Shown in pieces: positions 28,665-45,061 of a stretch of DNA of 64,000 nucleotides; the stretch's first letter is position 1, and every line of letters starts with the position of its first letter. The stretch lies in NCBI GenBank assembly GCA_964016885.1, contig OZ024741.1, positions 277,264,001 through 277,328,000 of the forward strand, read 5' to 3'. Both the position numbers and the translations under genes were made by a program. The notes beneath the pieces are model-generated. The model did no database searches and was not told the origin of the DNA. It worked only from the letters and a program-made list of their open reading frames with translations. The stretch comes from Eledone cirrhosa. Taxonomy: Eukaryota.

Positions 28665-28827
28665 CATCAACACCACCACCACCATCAACAACAGCAACAA
28701 CACCAACAACACCACCAACAACAGCACCAACAACACCACCAACAACAACACCAACACCAACAACAACACCACCACCAACAACAACATCATCAACAACAAC
28801 AACAACACCAACAACAACAACACCACC

Positions 28828-28876
<49 letters not shown>

Positions 28877-30607
28877 CCAACAACAACACCAACAACAACA
28901 ACAACACCAACAACAACAACACCACCACCACCAACAACAACAACACCAACACCAACAACAACAACAACACCACCACCAACAACAACACCAACAACAACAA
29001 CACCAACAACAACAACAACACCACCAACAACATCAACAACAACAACAATAACAACAACACCACTAACAACAACAACACCAACACCAACAACAACAACAAC
29101 AACACCAACAACAACACCACCACCACCAACAACAACAACAACAACAACACCAACTACAACAACAACACCAACTACAACAACAACACCAACAAAAACACCA
29201 ACAACAACAACACCACCAACAACAACATCAACAACAACAACACCAACACCAACAACAACAACAACACCACCACCAACAACAACACCAACAACAACAACAC
29301 CACCACCAACAACACCAACAACAACAACAACACCACCACCAACAACAACACCCCCAACAACAACAACACCAACAACAACAACACCAACAACATCAACAAC
29401 AACAACAACACTACCAACAACAACAACACCACCACCAACACCACCACCACCAACAACACCAACAACAACAACACCATCACCACCAACAACACCAACAACA
29501 TCAACAACAACACCACCACCAACAACAACAACACCAACAACAATGACACCAACAACAACACCAACAACAACAACACCACCACCAACAACACCAACACCAA
29601 CAACAACAGCAACAACAACAAAACCAACAACATCAACAACAACAACATCACCACCAACAACAACAACAACACCACCACCAACAACACCAACAACATCAAC
29701 AACACCAACAACAACAACACCACCACCACCAACAACACCAACAACATCAACAACAACACCACCACCAACAACAACAACAGCAACAACACCAACAACAACA
29801 ACAACACCACCACCAACAACAACACCAACAACAACAACACCAACAACATCAACAACAACAACACCACCACCACCAACAACACCACCACCAACAACAACAA
29901 CACCAACAACAATAACACCAACAACAACACCAACAACAACAACACCACCACCAACAACAACAACACCAACAACAATAATACCAACAACAACACCAACAAC
30001 AACAACACCACCACCAACAACACCAACACCAACAACAACAGCAACAACAACAAAACCAACAACATCAACAACAACAACATCACCACCAACAACAACAACA
30101 ACACCACCACCAACAACACCAACAACATCAACAACACCAACAACAACAACACCACCACCACCAACAACACCAACAGCATCAACAACAACACCACCACCAA
30201 CAACAACAACACCAACAACAACGCCAACAACAACAACAACACCACCACCAACAACAACACCAACAACAACACCAACAACATCAACAACAACAACACCACC
30301 ACCACCAACAACACCACCACCAACAACAACAACACCAACAACAATAACACCAACAACAACACCAACATCAACAACACCACCACCAACAACAACAACACCA
30401 ACAACAATAACACCAACAACAACACCAACAACAACAACACCACCACCAACAACAACAACACCAACAACAACACCAACAACAACAACACCACCACAAACGA
30501 ACAACACCAACAACATCAACAACAACACCAACAACACCAACAACAACTACAAAAACATCAACAACAACACCAACAACAACAACAACAACAATATCAACAA
30601 CAACACC

Positions 30608-30677
<70 letters not shown>

Positions 30678-31615
30678 CCAACACCACCAACACCAACAAC
30701 AACACCACCACCAACACCAACAACAACACCAACAACAACAACAACAACAACACCACCACCAACAACACCACCACCAACAACACCACCACCAACACCACCA
30801 CCAACAACACTACCACCAACAACACCACCACCACCATCAACAACAACAACAACAACAACACCACCACCAACAACACCAACAACAACAACAACAACACCAC
30901 CAACAACAACACCAACAACATCAACAACAACACCACCACCAACAACAACACCAACAACAACACCACCACCAACAACACCACCACCAACAACACCACCACC
31001 AACAACACCACCACCAACAACACCACCACCAACACCACCACCACCAACACCACCACCAACAACACCACCACCAACACCACCAACAACAACACCACCACCA
31101 ACAACACCTCCACCAACAACACCACCACCAACATCACCACCACCAACACCACCACCAACAACACCACCACCACCATCAACAACAACAACAACACCAACAC
31201 CAACAACAACAACACCACCACCAACAACACCAACAACATCAACAACACCAACACCAACAACACCAACAACAACACCAACAACAACAACAACACCAACAAC
31301 ACCAACAACAACAACACCACCAACAACACCACCACCAACACCAACACCAACAACACCACCACCAACACCAACAACAACAACACCACCACCAACAACAACA
31401 CCACCACCAACAACAACACCAACAACAACACCACCACCAACACCACCACCAACAACACCACCACCAACAACACCACCACCAACAACAACACCACCACCAA
31501 CAACAACACCAACAACAACACCACCACCAACACCACCACCAAAAACACCACCACCAACACCAGCACCAACAACACCACCACCAACACCACCACCAACAAC
31601 ACCACCACCAACAAC

Positions 31616-31647
<32 letters not shown>

Positions 31648-33520
31648 CACCACCACCAACAACACCACCACCAACACCACCACCAACAACACCACCACCA
31701 ACACCACCAACAACACCAACAACAACAACAACAACAACACCACCACCAACACCACCACCACCATCAACAACAACAACACCACCACCAACAACACCACCAC
31801 CAACACCACCACCAACAACACCACCACCAACAACACCACCACCACCAACACCACCACCACCAACACCACCACCAACAACACCACCACCAACACCACCACC
31901 AACAACACCACCACCAACAACACCAACACCACCACCAACAACACCACCACCAACACCACCACCACCAACACCACCACCAACAACACCACCACCAACACCA
32001 CCACCAACAACACCACCACCAACACCACCACCAACACCACCACCACCAACAACACCAACACCACCACCAACAACACCACCACCAACACCACCACCAACAA
32101 CAACACCAACACCACCACCAACACCACCACCACCAACACCACCACCAACAACACCACCACCAACACCACCACCAACAACACCACCACCAACAACAACACC
32201 ACCAACACCACCACCACCAACACCACCACCAACAACAACACCAACAACAACACCACCACCAACACCACCACCAACAACACCACCACCAACACCACCACCA
32301 ACAACACCACCACCAACAACAACACCACCAACACCACCACCACCAACACCACCACCAACAACACCACCACCAACACCACCACCAACAACACCACCACCAC
32401 CACCAATACCACCACCACCAACACCACCACCAACACCACCACCACCAACACCACCACCAACAACACCACCACCAACACCACCACCAACAACACCACCACC
32501 AACAACAACACCACCAACACCACCACCACCAACACCACCACCAACAACAACACCAACAACAACACCACCACCAACACCACCACCAACAACACCACCACCA
32601 ACACCACCACCAACAACACCACCACCAACAACAACACCACCAACACCACCACCACCAACACCACCACCAACAACACCACCACCAACACCAATACCACCAC
32701 CAACAACACCACCACCAACACCACCACCAACAACACCACCACCAACAACAACACCACCAACACCACCACCACCAACACCACCACCAACAACACCACCACC
32801 ACCACCAATACCACCACCACCAACACCACCACCAACAACACCACCACCAACACCACCACCAACACCACCACCAACACCACCACCACCAACAACAACAACG
32901 CCACCACCAACACCACCACCAACAACACCACCACCAACACCACCACCAACAACACCACCACCAACAACACCAACACCACCACCAACAACACCACCACCAG
33001 CACCACCACCAACAACACCACCACCACCAACACCACCACCACCAACACCACCACCAACAACACCACCACCACCACCAACAACGACAACAACACCAACAAC
33101 AACAACACCACCACCAACAACACCACCACCAACAACACCACCAACAACACTACCACCAACAACACCACCACCAACACCACCACCAACAACAACAACACCA
33201 ACAACAACAACACCACCACCAACAACACCACCACCAACAACACCACCACCAACAACACCACCAACAACACTACCACCAACAACACCACCACCAACACCAC
33301 CACCAACAACAACAACACCACCACCAACAACACCACCACCAACAACACCACCACCAACACCACCACCAACAACACCACCACCAACAACACCACCACCAAC
33401 ACCACCACCAACAACAACAACACCACCACCAACAACACCACCACCAACAACACCACCAACAACACTACCACCAACAACAACACCACCACCACCACCATCA
33501 ACAACAACAACAACAACAAT
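27118..33520. repeat. 6.4-kb complex (CAA/CAC)n trinucleotide array with higher-order duplications
   Basis: Almost pure A/C triplets; block near 27290 re-occurs near 27920; long T/P/N/Q and V/G/L ORFs in several frames. Confidence 0.95.
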
Positions 33521-33890
33521 CATATATTGACGTGCTAGAAAAAACAACGACTTTTGCCTCAAATCCCACCTTAAAAAAATACTTTTTTCAAGAATAGCTG
33601 CAGCAGGTGCAACGACAACAGCAGCATCAGCTAACAAGGTGCAACTAGAACAGCAGATCGCCTTGTATGTATGTGCATATGTGTGCGCCAACGTGCACAC
33701 GTAGACGTGTCGGTGTATATGTATGTGTGGTTGTGTGCTTGTATGTGAGATTGTGTGTCTGATTTTGTGTAAGTGCGTGTGTATGAGTGTGTGTGTGTGC
33801 GCGCGCGTCTGTGTCTGTGTGTTCATTCCAAACTTTTCTTTGCTTATCTGACTACGTGACTATTTGGATTCTACCTTTCATAGTGGCATA

Positions 33891-33993
<103 letters not shown>

Positions 33994-34062
33994 GGTATAT
34001 ATATATATATATATATATATATACGGTATATAAAAATATGTATGTATATATATACACACACA

Positions 34063-34163
34063 CAGAGTGTCCCCCCAAAATATATACGCACTTCAACAGC
34101 ATTCTAATAAATATTGCCTGTACAGGTAAGCAAAGTATGTATACAATTTTTGGGGACACCTTG
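34063..34163. mobile_element. Tc1/mariner-like MITE (related copy at about 47090-47173)
   Basis: TIRs CAGAGTGTCCCCCCAAAA / CAAGGTGTCCCCAAAAA; shared core ATTCTAATAAATATTG. Confidence 0.6.
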
Positions 34164-34206
34164 TATATGTATATATATATATATACACAGACAAATACAC
34201 ACACAC

Positions 34207-34242
<36 letters not shown>

Positions 34243-34422
34243 TTTATATAGATAAACACTCCGATAGTTTAAATGATTTATAGTAATTATAGTCTGACAT
34301 TTTCTATTTTTATATAGAAATACGTGCCCATTTGACCACCTGGTATAACTGGTACTTTTTTGTAATGCACACAGGTTGCTGAAGGAGAATGTGCAAAGAT
34401 GGGAGTGGTAGAGGTGGAGAGA

Positions 34423-34498
<76 letters not shown>

Positions 34499-34689
34499 CA
34501 TTGGCAAAGCGACACAGACAGACAAATAGACAAATAGACAAACAGAGAGAGAAAAAGAGAAAGAGAGACGGTGGGAGAGGGGGAGAGAGATGGAAAGAGA
34601 GACTCAGAGGGAGAGCGTGATGGTCAGAGACATAGACAGAGAGACAAAAAGACAAATAGTTAAACACAAATAGATAGATAGATAGATAT

Positions 34690-35268
34690 ATTTCTTTATT
34701 TACCACAAGGGCGCACAAAAAAAGGGGACAATACAAAGACATGCCGGGGATTTTACATACAGTCGTGTAAAAATATAAAAACAAACAATTAGAACAATCG
34801 AAATCCCCAATAGGGGGGAGGCGCCAAAAATGGGTTGTTTAATACCCCGTCGATAGAACAACCCTCAACTCCAGGAGCGTGTTGTGCAAGTTCACCTTTC
34901 TTCCTTTTGCTCTCCTCAACCTACAGGTTTATGAACAGAGAAGGCCCAATCACTCGGGCCATTTTCGCTTCATTCACCCACCTTTCAGTAAATTTACTGG
35001 GGTGCAGTGCCTCTCTCTCCACTCTGATTCTCCTTCTAAAGTGATACTTAAAGAAGGGAATCAATTGTTGTCCGGAGAGAAAGGCATCTGTCCTCAGTCC
35101 TCTCAACCTCGTCCACCATATAACTTCTTTCACCATAGCCACCGTACAGAGGAAAACCGCCTCTCTTTCGTTTTTGAAAGAGGCTGGCGGTTTGATCCTT
35201 ACTATGGACTCGGCAGTCAACTGGATTTGTCCCATACGCGACAGCAGTTGTTCTGCATAGTTCCACAG
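34690..35268 (-). mobile_element. Tx1/L1-like LINE 3' fragment in (GATA)n
   Basis: VAMVKEVIWWTR..FFKYHFRRRIRVER..FTERW C-terminal motif; a second 3' tail at about 35515-35600, also at (GATA)n. Confidence 0.55.
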
Positions 35269-35278
35269 AGATAGATAG

Positions 35279-35476
35279 ATAGGAAAAGGGTCAGGTCCCC
35301 GACGGCTGAGCTCTGGCCGTTTCGACAGCTAGATCCGAACTGTTCGGATCTAGCTGTTGAAACGGCCGGAGCTCAACCGTCGGGGACCTGATCCTTTTCC
35401 TATTACCAACTCTACTACCCTAAGTATCGAGTACTCTGGTGCGTTACGGTCCACCTGGTTCCTTACCACACCTTGC

Positions 35477-35478
<2 letters not shown>
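35279..35478 (+). mobile_element. Foldback element containing the 3' half of an HHR plus a unique tail
   Basis: Palindrome 35279-35403 with axis at 35341; GAAA-CGG..CCG-TC-GGGG; tail shared with the 46014 and 14918 elements. Confidence 0.7.
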
Positions 35479-35514
<36 letters not shown>

Positions 35515-35646
35515 TATTTCTTTATTAGCCACAGGGGCACAAAAGAAGGGGACAAATACAAAGGGGGAAGTTTACATACAATAAAAACGTGTAAAATGTT
35601 ATCACAGATGGAATTTAAAAGTTAGTCGATTTTCCCCAATAGAGGG

Positions 35647-35717
<71 letters not shown>

Positions 35718-35757
35718 GAGATAGGGGGGAGAGAGAGAGAGAGGGTGATGGACAGAA

Positions 35758-35820
<63 letters not shown>

Positions 35821-36230
35821 AAATAGACAAATAGGTAACATAGAGAGAGAGAGGGAGAGTGAGAGAGATAGTTTACCAGTTTCAAAATAAACACCTGATG
35901 CAATTCCCTGAGGCAATGCTATACCACCTAACTTTGCTGGCTCATGTTATACTGTCTCAGGTTCGATCCTCGCTTGGAGATACTTGGAGTTATTTCAGTC
36001 CTTTTGTTTCAGTGTATTCCCAGGAAAGGTATGAAGACTAAACCATCACATTGGTATTCTCTCTTATCACTTAAATTATTTGTATGTGTATATATAAAGA
36101 ATCACAGCTGATATTGAAGATAATAATAGTAACACAAATGTTTATATAAATGCACAATATTTGAAATATATATATACATACTTACAAATATACGTACATA
36201 CGTACATGTATACATACACACACGCACACG

Positions 36231-36280
<50 letters not shown>

Positions 36281-36556
36281 CATAGGAAAAGAGTCAGGAC
36301 CCCGACGGCTGAGCTTCAGCCGTTTCGACAGCTAGATATATATATATGCATGAAATATATGTATGTAAAGATTGGTAAACATGTGAGAGGTATTGTGTGT
36401 GAAATGTTTGTAAATATTCATACAGATATGTTATGTATGTATGTATGTATGTATGTATGTGTGTATGTATGTATGTATGTATGTATGTATGTATGTATGT
36501 ATGTATGTATGAATGCATGCATGTATGTATGTATCTACGTATGTATGTATGTATGT

Positions 36557-36968
36557 CCGGGAGAGATGACCCCTTAGCCTTTGTCAAGGCAGAATTCTAG
36601 GAGAAGGAAAACTCTGATATAACACCTGCAACCCTGATGGTATCCAATGATGTTGACTTGTTCTTCTTTTTGGTAAATATCATCTTGGTTAAGAGAGTGG
36701 GACTGGCTTTGTGCAGTGCCTTTGCTCACTATAAAAGCTTCACGGCACAGGCATTGCTTTATATCTGGAGATCTCTCTGCACTTGTCGTCACATGGTACC
36801 ATGGGCCCAACACTATGTGTCAATAATTGTCACAAGTGTAGTCTTTGTACCAGAGTTTTCAAGTCGCTGGCTGGACTAAAAAGCCCACTCGTTCAGCGCA
36901 TCAGTAGGGGTTCTCCTACATGGATATAAAGTAGTGGCCGTACTCGAAAACGAGTTGGCAGCCACCAT
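36557..36968 (+). mobile_element. Non-autonomous retroposon (RTE-like), 5'-truncated, in (GTAT)n
   Basis: Nearly identical to the reverse complement of 60139-60553; ends in a (GTAT)n tail. Confidence 0.75.
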
Positions 36969-37800
36969 GTATGTATGTATTATGTATGTATGAATGTATG
37001 TATGTATGTATGTATGTATGTATGTATGTATGTATGTATGTATGTATGAATGTATGTATGTATGTATGTATGTATGTATGTATGAATGTATGTATGTATG
37101 TATGAATATATGAATGTATGTATGTATGTATGTATGTATTATGTATGAACATATTATGTATGTATGTATGAATGTATGTATAATGTATGTATGTATGTAT
37201 GAATGTATGTATGTATGTATTATGTATGTATTATGTATGAACATATTATGTATGTATGTATGTATGAATGTATGTATAATGTATGAATGTATGAATGTAT
37301 GTATTATGTATGTATGAATGTATGTATGTATGTATGTATGTATCTACGTATGTATGTATGTGTGTATGTATGTATGTATGTATGTATGTATGAATGCATG
37401 CATGTATGTATGTATCTACGTATGTATGTATGTATGTATGTATGTATAATGTATGTATGAATGTATGTATGTATGTATGTATGTATGTATGTATGTACGT
37501 ATGTATGTATGTATGTATATATTATGTACGTATGTATGTATGTATGTATGTATATATTATGTATGTATGTATGTATGTATGTATGTACGTATGTATGTAT
37601 GTATGTATATATTATGTACGTATGTATGTATGTATGTATGTATGTATATATTATGTATGTACGTATGTATGTATGTATGTATAAATTATGTACGTATGTA
37701 TGTATGTATGTATATATTATGTACGTATGTATGTATGTATGTATGTATGTATGTATGTACGTATGTATGTATGTATGTATATATTATGTACGTATGTATG
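36969..37800. repeat. Compound (GTAT)n microsatellite
   Basis: Direct inspection. Confidence 0.95.
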
Positions 37801-38186
37801 TAAGTATCCATTGACCCGTAACCCCTGATAGACGTGTAGGGGTGGAGGACGTTGTGACCAACGTCGTGTCTAGGTCTCTTTAAACCTAGAAGGGCCCATC
37901 CCGCTCCAGGTCGAAACACACCAAAGTTCTGGCAGAGCAGGACAGGGGGTGAGAAAGAGATATAGAGGAAGAATAGACCCCAGTACGAGACTGGTACTTT
38001 CTATTCTTTTTTTAATCGACCTCGAATGAATAAAAGACAAAGTTGACCTCGGCGGGATTTGAACTCAGTGAGCCAGAACGAATACCGCAAGGTATTAGTT
38101 CTGACGTTCTAACGACTCTGCCAGCTCCACGCTGCATATACGTAAATATAAACAAACCCACTCTAGTCACATACACGTGTGTATTG

Positions 38187-38193
38187 ACTACTG

Positions 38194-38249
<56 letters not shown>

Positions 38250-38289
38250 ACTACTACTACTACTACTGCTACTGCTGCTGCTGCTGCTG

Positions 38290-38351
<62 letters not shown>

Positions 38352-38364
38352 ACTACTGCTACTA

Positions 38365-38444
<80 letters not shown>

Positions 38445-40933
38445 GCTACTACTACAACCACCACTACTACCACTACTACTATAACTACCAGCACAACTAC
38501 TATCACCACCACTACTACTACCACTACTACTACAACTACCACAACAACTACTACCACTACAACTACTAACACAACAACTACTGCTACTACAACTATTACC
38601 ACAACAACTGCTACTACTACTACAACTACCACCACAACAACTACTAACACAGCAACTACTACCACTACAACTACCACCACAACAAAAACTACTACTACAA
38701 CAACCACCACAACAACTACTACCACTACAACTACCACCACATCAACTACTACCACTACTACTACCACCACAACAACTACTACCACTACAACTACCACCAC
38801 AACTACTTCCACTACAACTACCACTACTACAACTACTACCACTACCACCACTACTACTACCACCACAACAACTACTACTACTACAACTACCACCACTACA
38901 ACTACCACCACAACAACTACCACCACTACAACTACCACTACAACAACTACTACCACTACAACTACCACCACAACAATAACTACCACTACAACTACCACCA
39001 CATCAACTACTACCACTACTACTACCACCACAACAACTACTACCACTACAACTACCACCACAACAACTACTTCCACTACAACTACCACTACTACAACTAC
39101 TACCACTACAACTACCACCACAACAACTACTACCACTACAACTACCACCACATCAACTACTACCACTACTACTACCACCACAACAACTACTACTACTACA
39201 ACTACCACCACATCAACTACTACCACTACTACTACCACCACAACAACTACTACCACTACAACTACCACCACAACAACTACTACCACTACAACTACTACCA
39301 CAACAACTGCTTCCACTACAACTACCACCACTACAACTACTACCACTACAACTACCACTACTACAACTACCACCACTACAACTACCACCACTACAACTAC
39401 CACCACTACAACTACCACCACTACAACTACTACCACTACAACTACCACCACTACAACTACTACCACTACAACTACCACCACAACAACTACTACCACTACA
39501 ACTACTACCACTACAACTACCACCACAACAACTACTACCACTACAACTACCACCACTACAACTACTACCACAACAACTACCACTACAACTACCACCACTA
39601 CAACTACCACCACTACAACTACTACCACTACAACTACCACCACAACAACTACTACCACTACAACTACCACCACTACAACTACTACCACTACAACTACCAC
39701 TACTACAACTACCACCACTACAACTTCCACCACAACAACTACTACCACTACAACTACCACCATTACAACTACTACCACTACAACTACCACTACTACAACT
39801 ACCACCACTACAACTACCACCACTACAACTACTACCACTACAACTACCACCACTACAACTACTACCACTACAACTACTACCACAACAACTACTACTACTA
39901 CAACTACCACCACAACAATAACTACCACCACAACTACCACAACAACAACTACTACCACTACAACTACCACCACTACAACTACCACCACTACAACTACTAC
40001 CACTACAACTACCACCACAACAACTACTACCACTACAACTACCACCACAACAACTACTACCACTACAACTACTACCACTACAACTACCACCACAACAACT
40101 ACTACCACTACAACTACCACCACTACAACTACTACCACTACAACTACCACCACAACAACTACTACCACTACAACTACCACCACAACAACAACTACCACTA
40201 CAACTACCACCACAACAACTACTACCACTACAACTACTACCACTACAACTACCACCACAACAACTACTACCACTACAACTACCACCACAACAACAACTAC
40301 CACTACAACTACCACCACAACAACTACCACCACAACAACTACTACCACTACAACTACCACCACTACAACTACTACCACTACAACTACTACCACTACAACT
40401 ACCACCACAGCAACTACTACCACTACAACTACCACCACAACAACAACTACCACTACAACTACCACCACAACAACTACTACCACTACAACTACTACCACTA
40501 CAACTACCACCACTACAACTACTACCACTACAACTACCACCACAACAACTACTACCACTACAACTACCACCACAACAACTACTACCACTACAACTACTAC
40601 CACTACAACTGCCACCACAACAACTACTACCACTACAACTACCACCACAACAACTACTACCACAACAACAACTACCACTACAACTACCACCACAACAACT
40701 ACTACCACTACAACTACCACCACAACAACTACTACCACTACAACTACCACCACAACAACTACTACCACTACAACTACCACCACTACTACTACCACTACAA
40801 CTACCACCACTACTACTACCACTACAACTACCACCACTACTACTACCACTACAACTACCACCACTACTACTACCACTACAACTACCACCACTACTACTAC
40901 CACTACAACTACCACCACTACTACTACCACTAC
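38187..40933. repeat. 2.7-kb (CTA/CCA/CAA)n trinucleotide array
   Basis: ACN triplets giving a poly-Thr / poly-Val artefact ORF. Confidence 0.95.
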
Positions 40934-41437
40934 TTCACTTTTGTTTTTCTACTTTATATGTTTCGAAAATTTCTTTATTCTTCCTTCCCCTTCTTTCTGT
41001 TTTCTTCTTCATATTCCTCCTCCACCTCCTCCTCCTCCCCTTCATCCACCTCATTCTCCTCTTCCTCCTCCTCCTCCTCCTACTCCTCCTCCACCTCATC
41101 ATCATCATCATCAGCAGCAGCAGCACCAGCATCAACATCAACCTCATTCCCCTCATCCTCATCCTCGTTTTTCCTCATCATCATCGTCCTTCTTCTTCTT
41201 CTTCTTCTTCTTCTTCTTCTTCTTCTTCTCCACCTCCTCCACCTCCTCCTCCTTCTCTCTCTCCTCCCCCGCTGTCTCCCATCTATTCCATCTGATACTA
41301 GTTCTTATTACCTATTTTACTTATATTTTTCTATTAAATTAAGAAGAAAATACTTTTACCTCCTCTCAGTCTCAGGCCGCTTTCGTTTCCTCCACCAACC
41401 TTTACTTCCTAATCTAAACCTCTCCATATCCATCTAT

Positions 41438-41471
<34 letters not shown>

Positions 41472-41510
41472 ATCAATCAATCTATCTAGCTATCGATCAC
41501 TCAATCAATA

Positions 41511-41565
<55 letters not shown>

Positions 41566-41680
41566 ACTCTTCTCTATATGTACATATGTATTTTTATAAC
41601 TCCCCCTCTCTATTCTTTCGCTCATTCACTCCCACGCCGTTACTTTCTTAGCTATTTTACCTTGTTTTCTTTAACCTTCT

Positions 41681-41712
<32 letters not shown>

Positions 41713-41789
41713 CAACATATATATACTCACACCCGCAATCACTAACTAGTCGCTGGCTAGACGCTAAACAAACAAACAAGAAAGACCAA

Positions 41790-43580
41790 CACTATTACCA
41801 CTAACACCAACAACAACAATAACAACACAATAATAACAACACTAAAACCGCCACCAACAACAATCCCACACCACTAACACCACCAACACAACCAACACCA
41901 CTAACACCAACAACATTAACAGCACAACCAACACCACTAACACCAACATTAACGACATTAACACCACCACCATCACTAACATCCCCCACCACCACAACAA
42001 CCACACCAACAACCACCACCACCACAACCACACCAACAATCACACCAACAATCACCACCACCACACCAACACCAACACCTACACCACCAACACCACACCA
42101 ACACAAACACCACCAACACCAACACTTACACCACACCAACACCAATACCTTCAACACCTCGCCAACAGCACCAACACCTACACCACCACACCAACAATCA
42201 CCACCACAACTACACCAACACCAACACCACCACCACACCAACACCACCACACCAACACCACCACCAACACCACCACCAACACCACAACCACACCAACACC
42301 ACCACACCTGCACCAACAACAACACCACCACCACACCAACACCACCAACACCAACACCACCACCACACCAACACCACCGCACCTGCACCAACACCACCAC
42401 CACCACCAACACCACAGTCATGATAAGAACTACAACAGAACTACCATCACAACAATAAGAACAATAATAATATTATTAAAAATAATATTATACAAACAAA
42501 AAATAAACAAATAAATAACAACAATAGCAACAAGAGTAATACCAGCTTCTAAAACCTTAATAGTTGAGTCCCTCATCACACCACCACCACCAACACCACC
42601 ACCACCATCAACATCACCACCATCACCATACATCACCACCACTACCACCTCTACACCACCACCACTACCACCACTACCACCACCACCATCACCACCATCA
42701 CCACATCACCACCATCATCACCGCCAACACCACCAGCACCACCACCAACACCGCCACCGCCAACATCACCACCATCACCACATCACCACCATCATCACCA
42801 CCAACACCACCAACACCACCACCAACACCGCCACCGCCAACATCAACCCCATCACCACCACCACCGCCAACACCACCACTAAAAACATCACTCCCATCAC
42901 CATCACCAATACCACCACCATCACCACCACCACCACCATCACCACCACCAACATCACCACCAACATCACCACCACCAACATCACCACCACCACCACCAAT
43001 ACCACCACCACATCACCACCACCACCATCACCACCACCGCCACCACATCACCACCAACACCACCACCACCAACACCACCACCACCAACACCACCACCAAC
43101 AACACCACCACCACATCACCACCACACCACCACCACATCACCACCACCACCACATCACCACCACCACCACCAACACCACCACCACATCACCACCACTACC
43201 ACCAACACCACCACCACCAACACCACCACCATATCACCACCACTACCACCACCATATCACCACCACTACCACCACCACATCACCACCACTACCACCACCA
43301 CCATCACCACCACCACCACCACCACCATATCACCACCACCACCACCACCACATCACCACCACTACCACCACCACCATCACCACCGCCACCACCATCATAT
43401 CACCACCATCATATCACCACCACCACCACCACCACATCACCACCACTACCACCATCACCACCACCACCACCACCACCACCACCATATCACCACCACTACC
43501 ACCACCACCACCACATCACCACCACCACCACCACCACCACCATATCACCACCACTACCACCACTACCGCCACCACCAAGT
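41790..43580. repeat. (CAC/CAA/CAT)n low-complexity array
   Basis: Direct inspection. Confidence 0.9.
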
Positions 43581-43671
43581 CACCATCTACAAAAGAAAAA
43601 ATAAACAAGAAAACATCAACTTTATGAAGACCAACTACTATCATAGTACATCCCACACACAAATTACAATC

Positions 43672-44010
43672 CAAATCTGACCATCCAGACAAAACACCGT
43701 CTTCATCCTACTTACAATCTAAATCTGACCATCCACACACACCACACCGTCCTCATCCCACTTACAGGCCACATACGACCATCCACACACACCACACCGT
43801 CCTCATCCCACTTACAGGCCACATACGACCATCCACACACACCACACCGTCCTCATCCCACTTACAGGCCACATACGACCATCCACACACACCACACCGT
43901 CCTCATCCCACTTACAGGCCACATACGACCATCCACACACACCACACCGTCCTCATCCCACTTACAGGCCACATACGACCATCCACACACACCACACCGT
44001 CCTCATCCCA
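43672..44010. repeat. 50-bp minisatellite, about 5 perfect copies plus degenerate ones
   Basis: ACCACACCGTCCTCATCCCACTTACAGGCCACATACGACCATCCACACAC unit. Confidence 0.95.
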
Positions 44011-44239
44011 CCATCCACACACAAACCTATAATTACAATTCTTTTACATAAATAAAAACAATACCAACAATAAAAAAACAAACAAACAATACCTTGCAAC
44101 CACCTGCAGTAAACATCCATTTACAATAAAATCCACCAGACTAACCATCCAACCATCCAACTAATGAACTAACCAACCAAACACCTCACCAGCTTGTAAA
44201 TCAGACAACCAACCAGTCAACTAATCAACCAACAAATTA

Positions 44240-44915
44240 GCTTACCAGTGAACCAACCAGCCAGCGAGCAAGGAAACCAGCCAGGAAACCAGCCAACTAA
44301 CCAACCAACCAGCGAACGAGTCAGGGAACCAGCTGGTAAACCAGCCAACCAGCCAACTAATGAACCAACCAACCAACCAGCAAGCGAGCCAGTTAACCAG
44401 CCGGTAAACCAGCCAACTAGCCAGTCGCCGAACTAACCAACCAGCCAGCCATCGAGCCAGAGAACCAGCCTGTAAACCAGCCAGCCAGCCGACTAACGAA
44501 CCAACCAGCCAGCCATCGAGCCAGAGAATCAGCCTGTAAACCAGCCAGCCAACCGACTAACGAACCAACCATCCAGCCATCGAGCCAGAGAATCAGCCTG
44601 TAAACCAGCCAGCCAGCCGACTAACGAACCAACCAGCCAGCCATCGAGCCAGAGAATCAGCCTGTAAACCAGCCAGCCAGCCGACTAACGAACCAACCAG
44701 CCAGCCAACGAGCCAGAGAATCAGCCTGTAAACCAGCCAGCCAACCGACTAACGAACCAACCAGCCAGCCACCGTGCCAGAGAACCAGCCGGTAAACCAG
44801 CCAACCAGGCAGTCGCGGAACCAACCAACCAACCAACCAGCCAGCCAACCAACCATCGAGCCAGAGAACCAGCCAGTAAACCAGCCAACCAGTCAGTCGC
44901 CGAACCAACCAACAA
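44240..44915. repeat. About 62-65 bp (CCAG/CCAA)-rich minisatellite
   Basis: CGAGCCAGAGAATCAGCCTGTAAACCAGCCAGCC..GACTAACGAACC recurs. Confidence 0.85.
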
Positions 44916-45061
44916 CCATCTAAGTACCAAACTATCATTCATATCAGAAGAGAAAACTTCAGCACACGAAATCAGATCGATTTGTGTGTAGTTACGGGAA
45001 GAAAGCGAGAGAAAGCGAGAGAGAGCGAGAGAGAGCGTTAGAGAGTGGGAGAGTGAACGAA

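Noticed and set aside
27018-33826. Mucin-like and poly-V/G/L ORFs up to 1331 aa
   Set aside because: Stop-free in several frames on both strands because of the triplet repeat; no signal peptide or domain
38012-41342. 1099-aa poly-Thr ORF
   Set aside because: Starts inside a SINE and consists of ACN triplets
43672-44010. CRISPR-like regularity (also 8475-8870)
   Set aside because: Contiguous tandem units with no unique spacers; eukaryotic context, no cas genes
44984-45061. Upstream extension of the GPCR ORF in the ORF track
   Set aside because: Non-ATG start running through a GA repeat; ATG 45062 is more plausible
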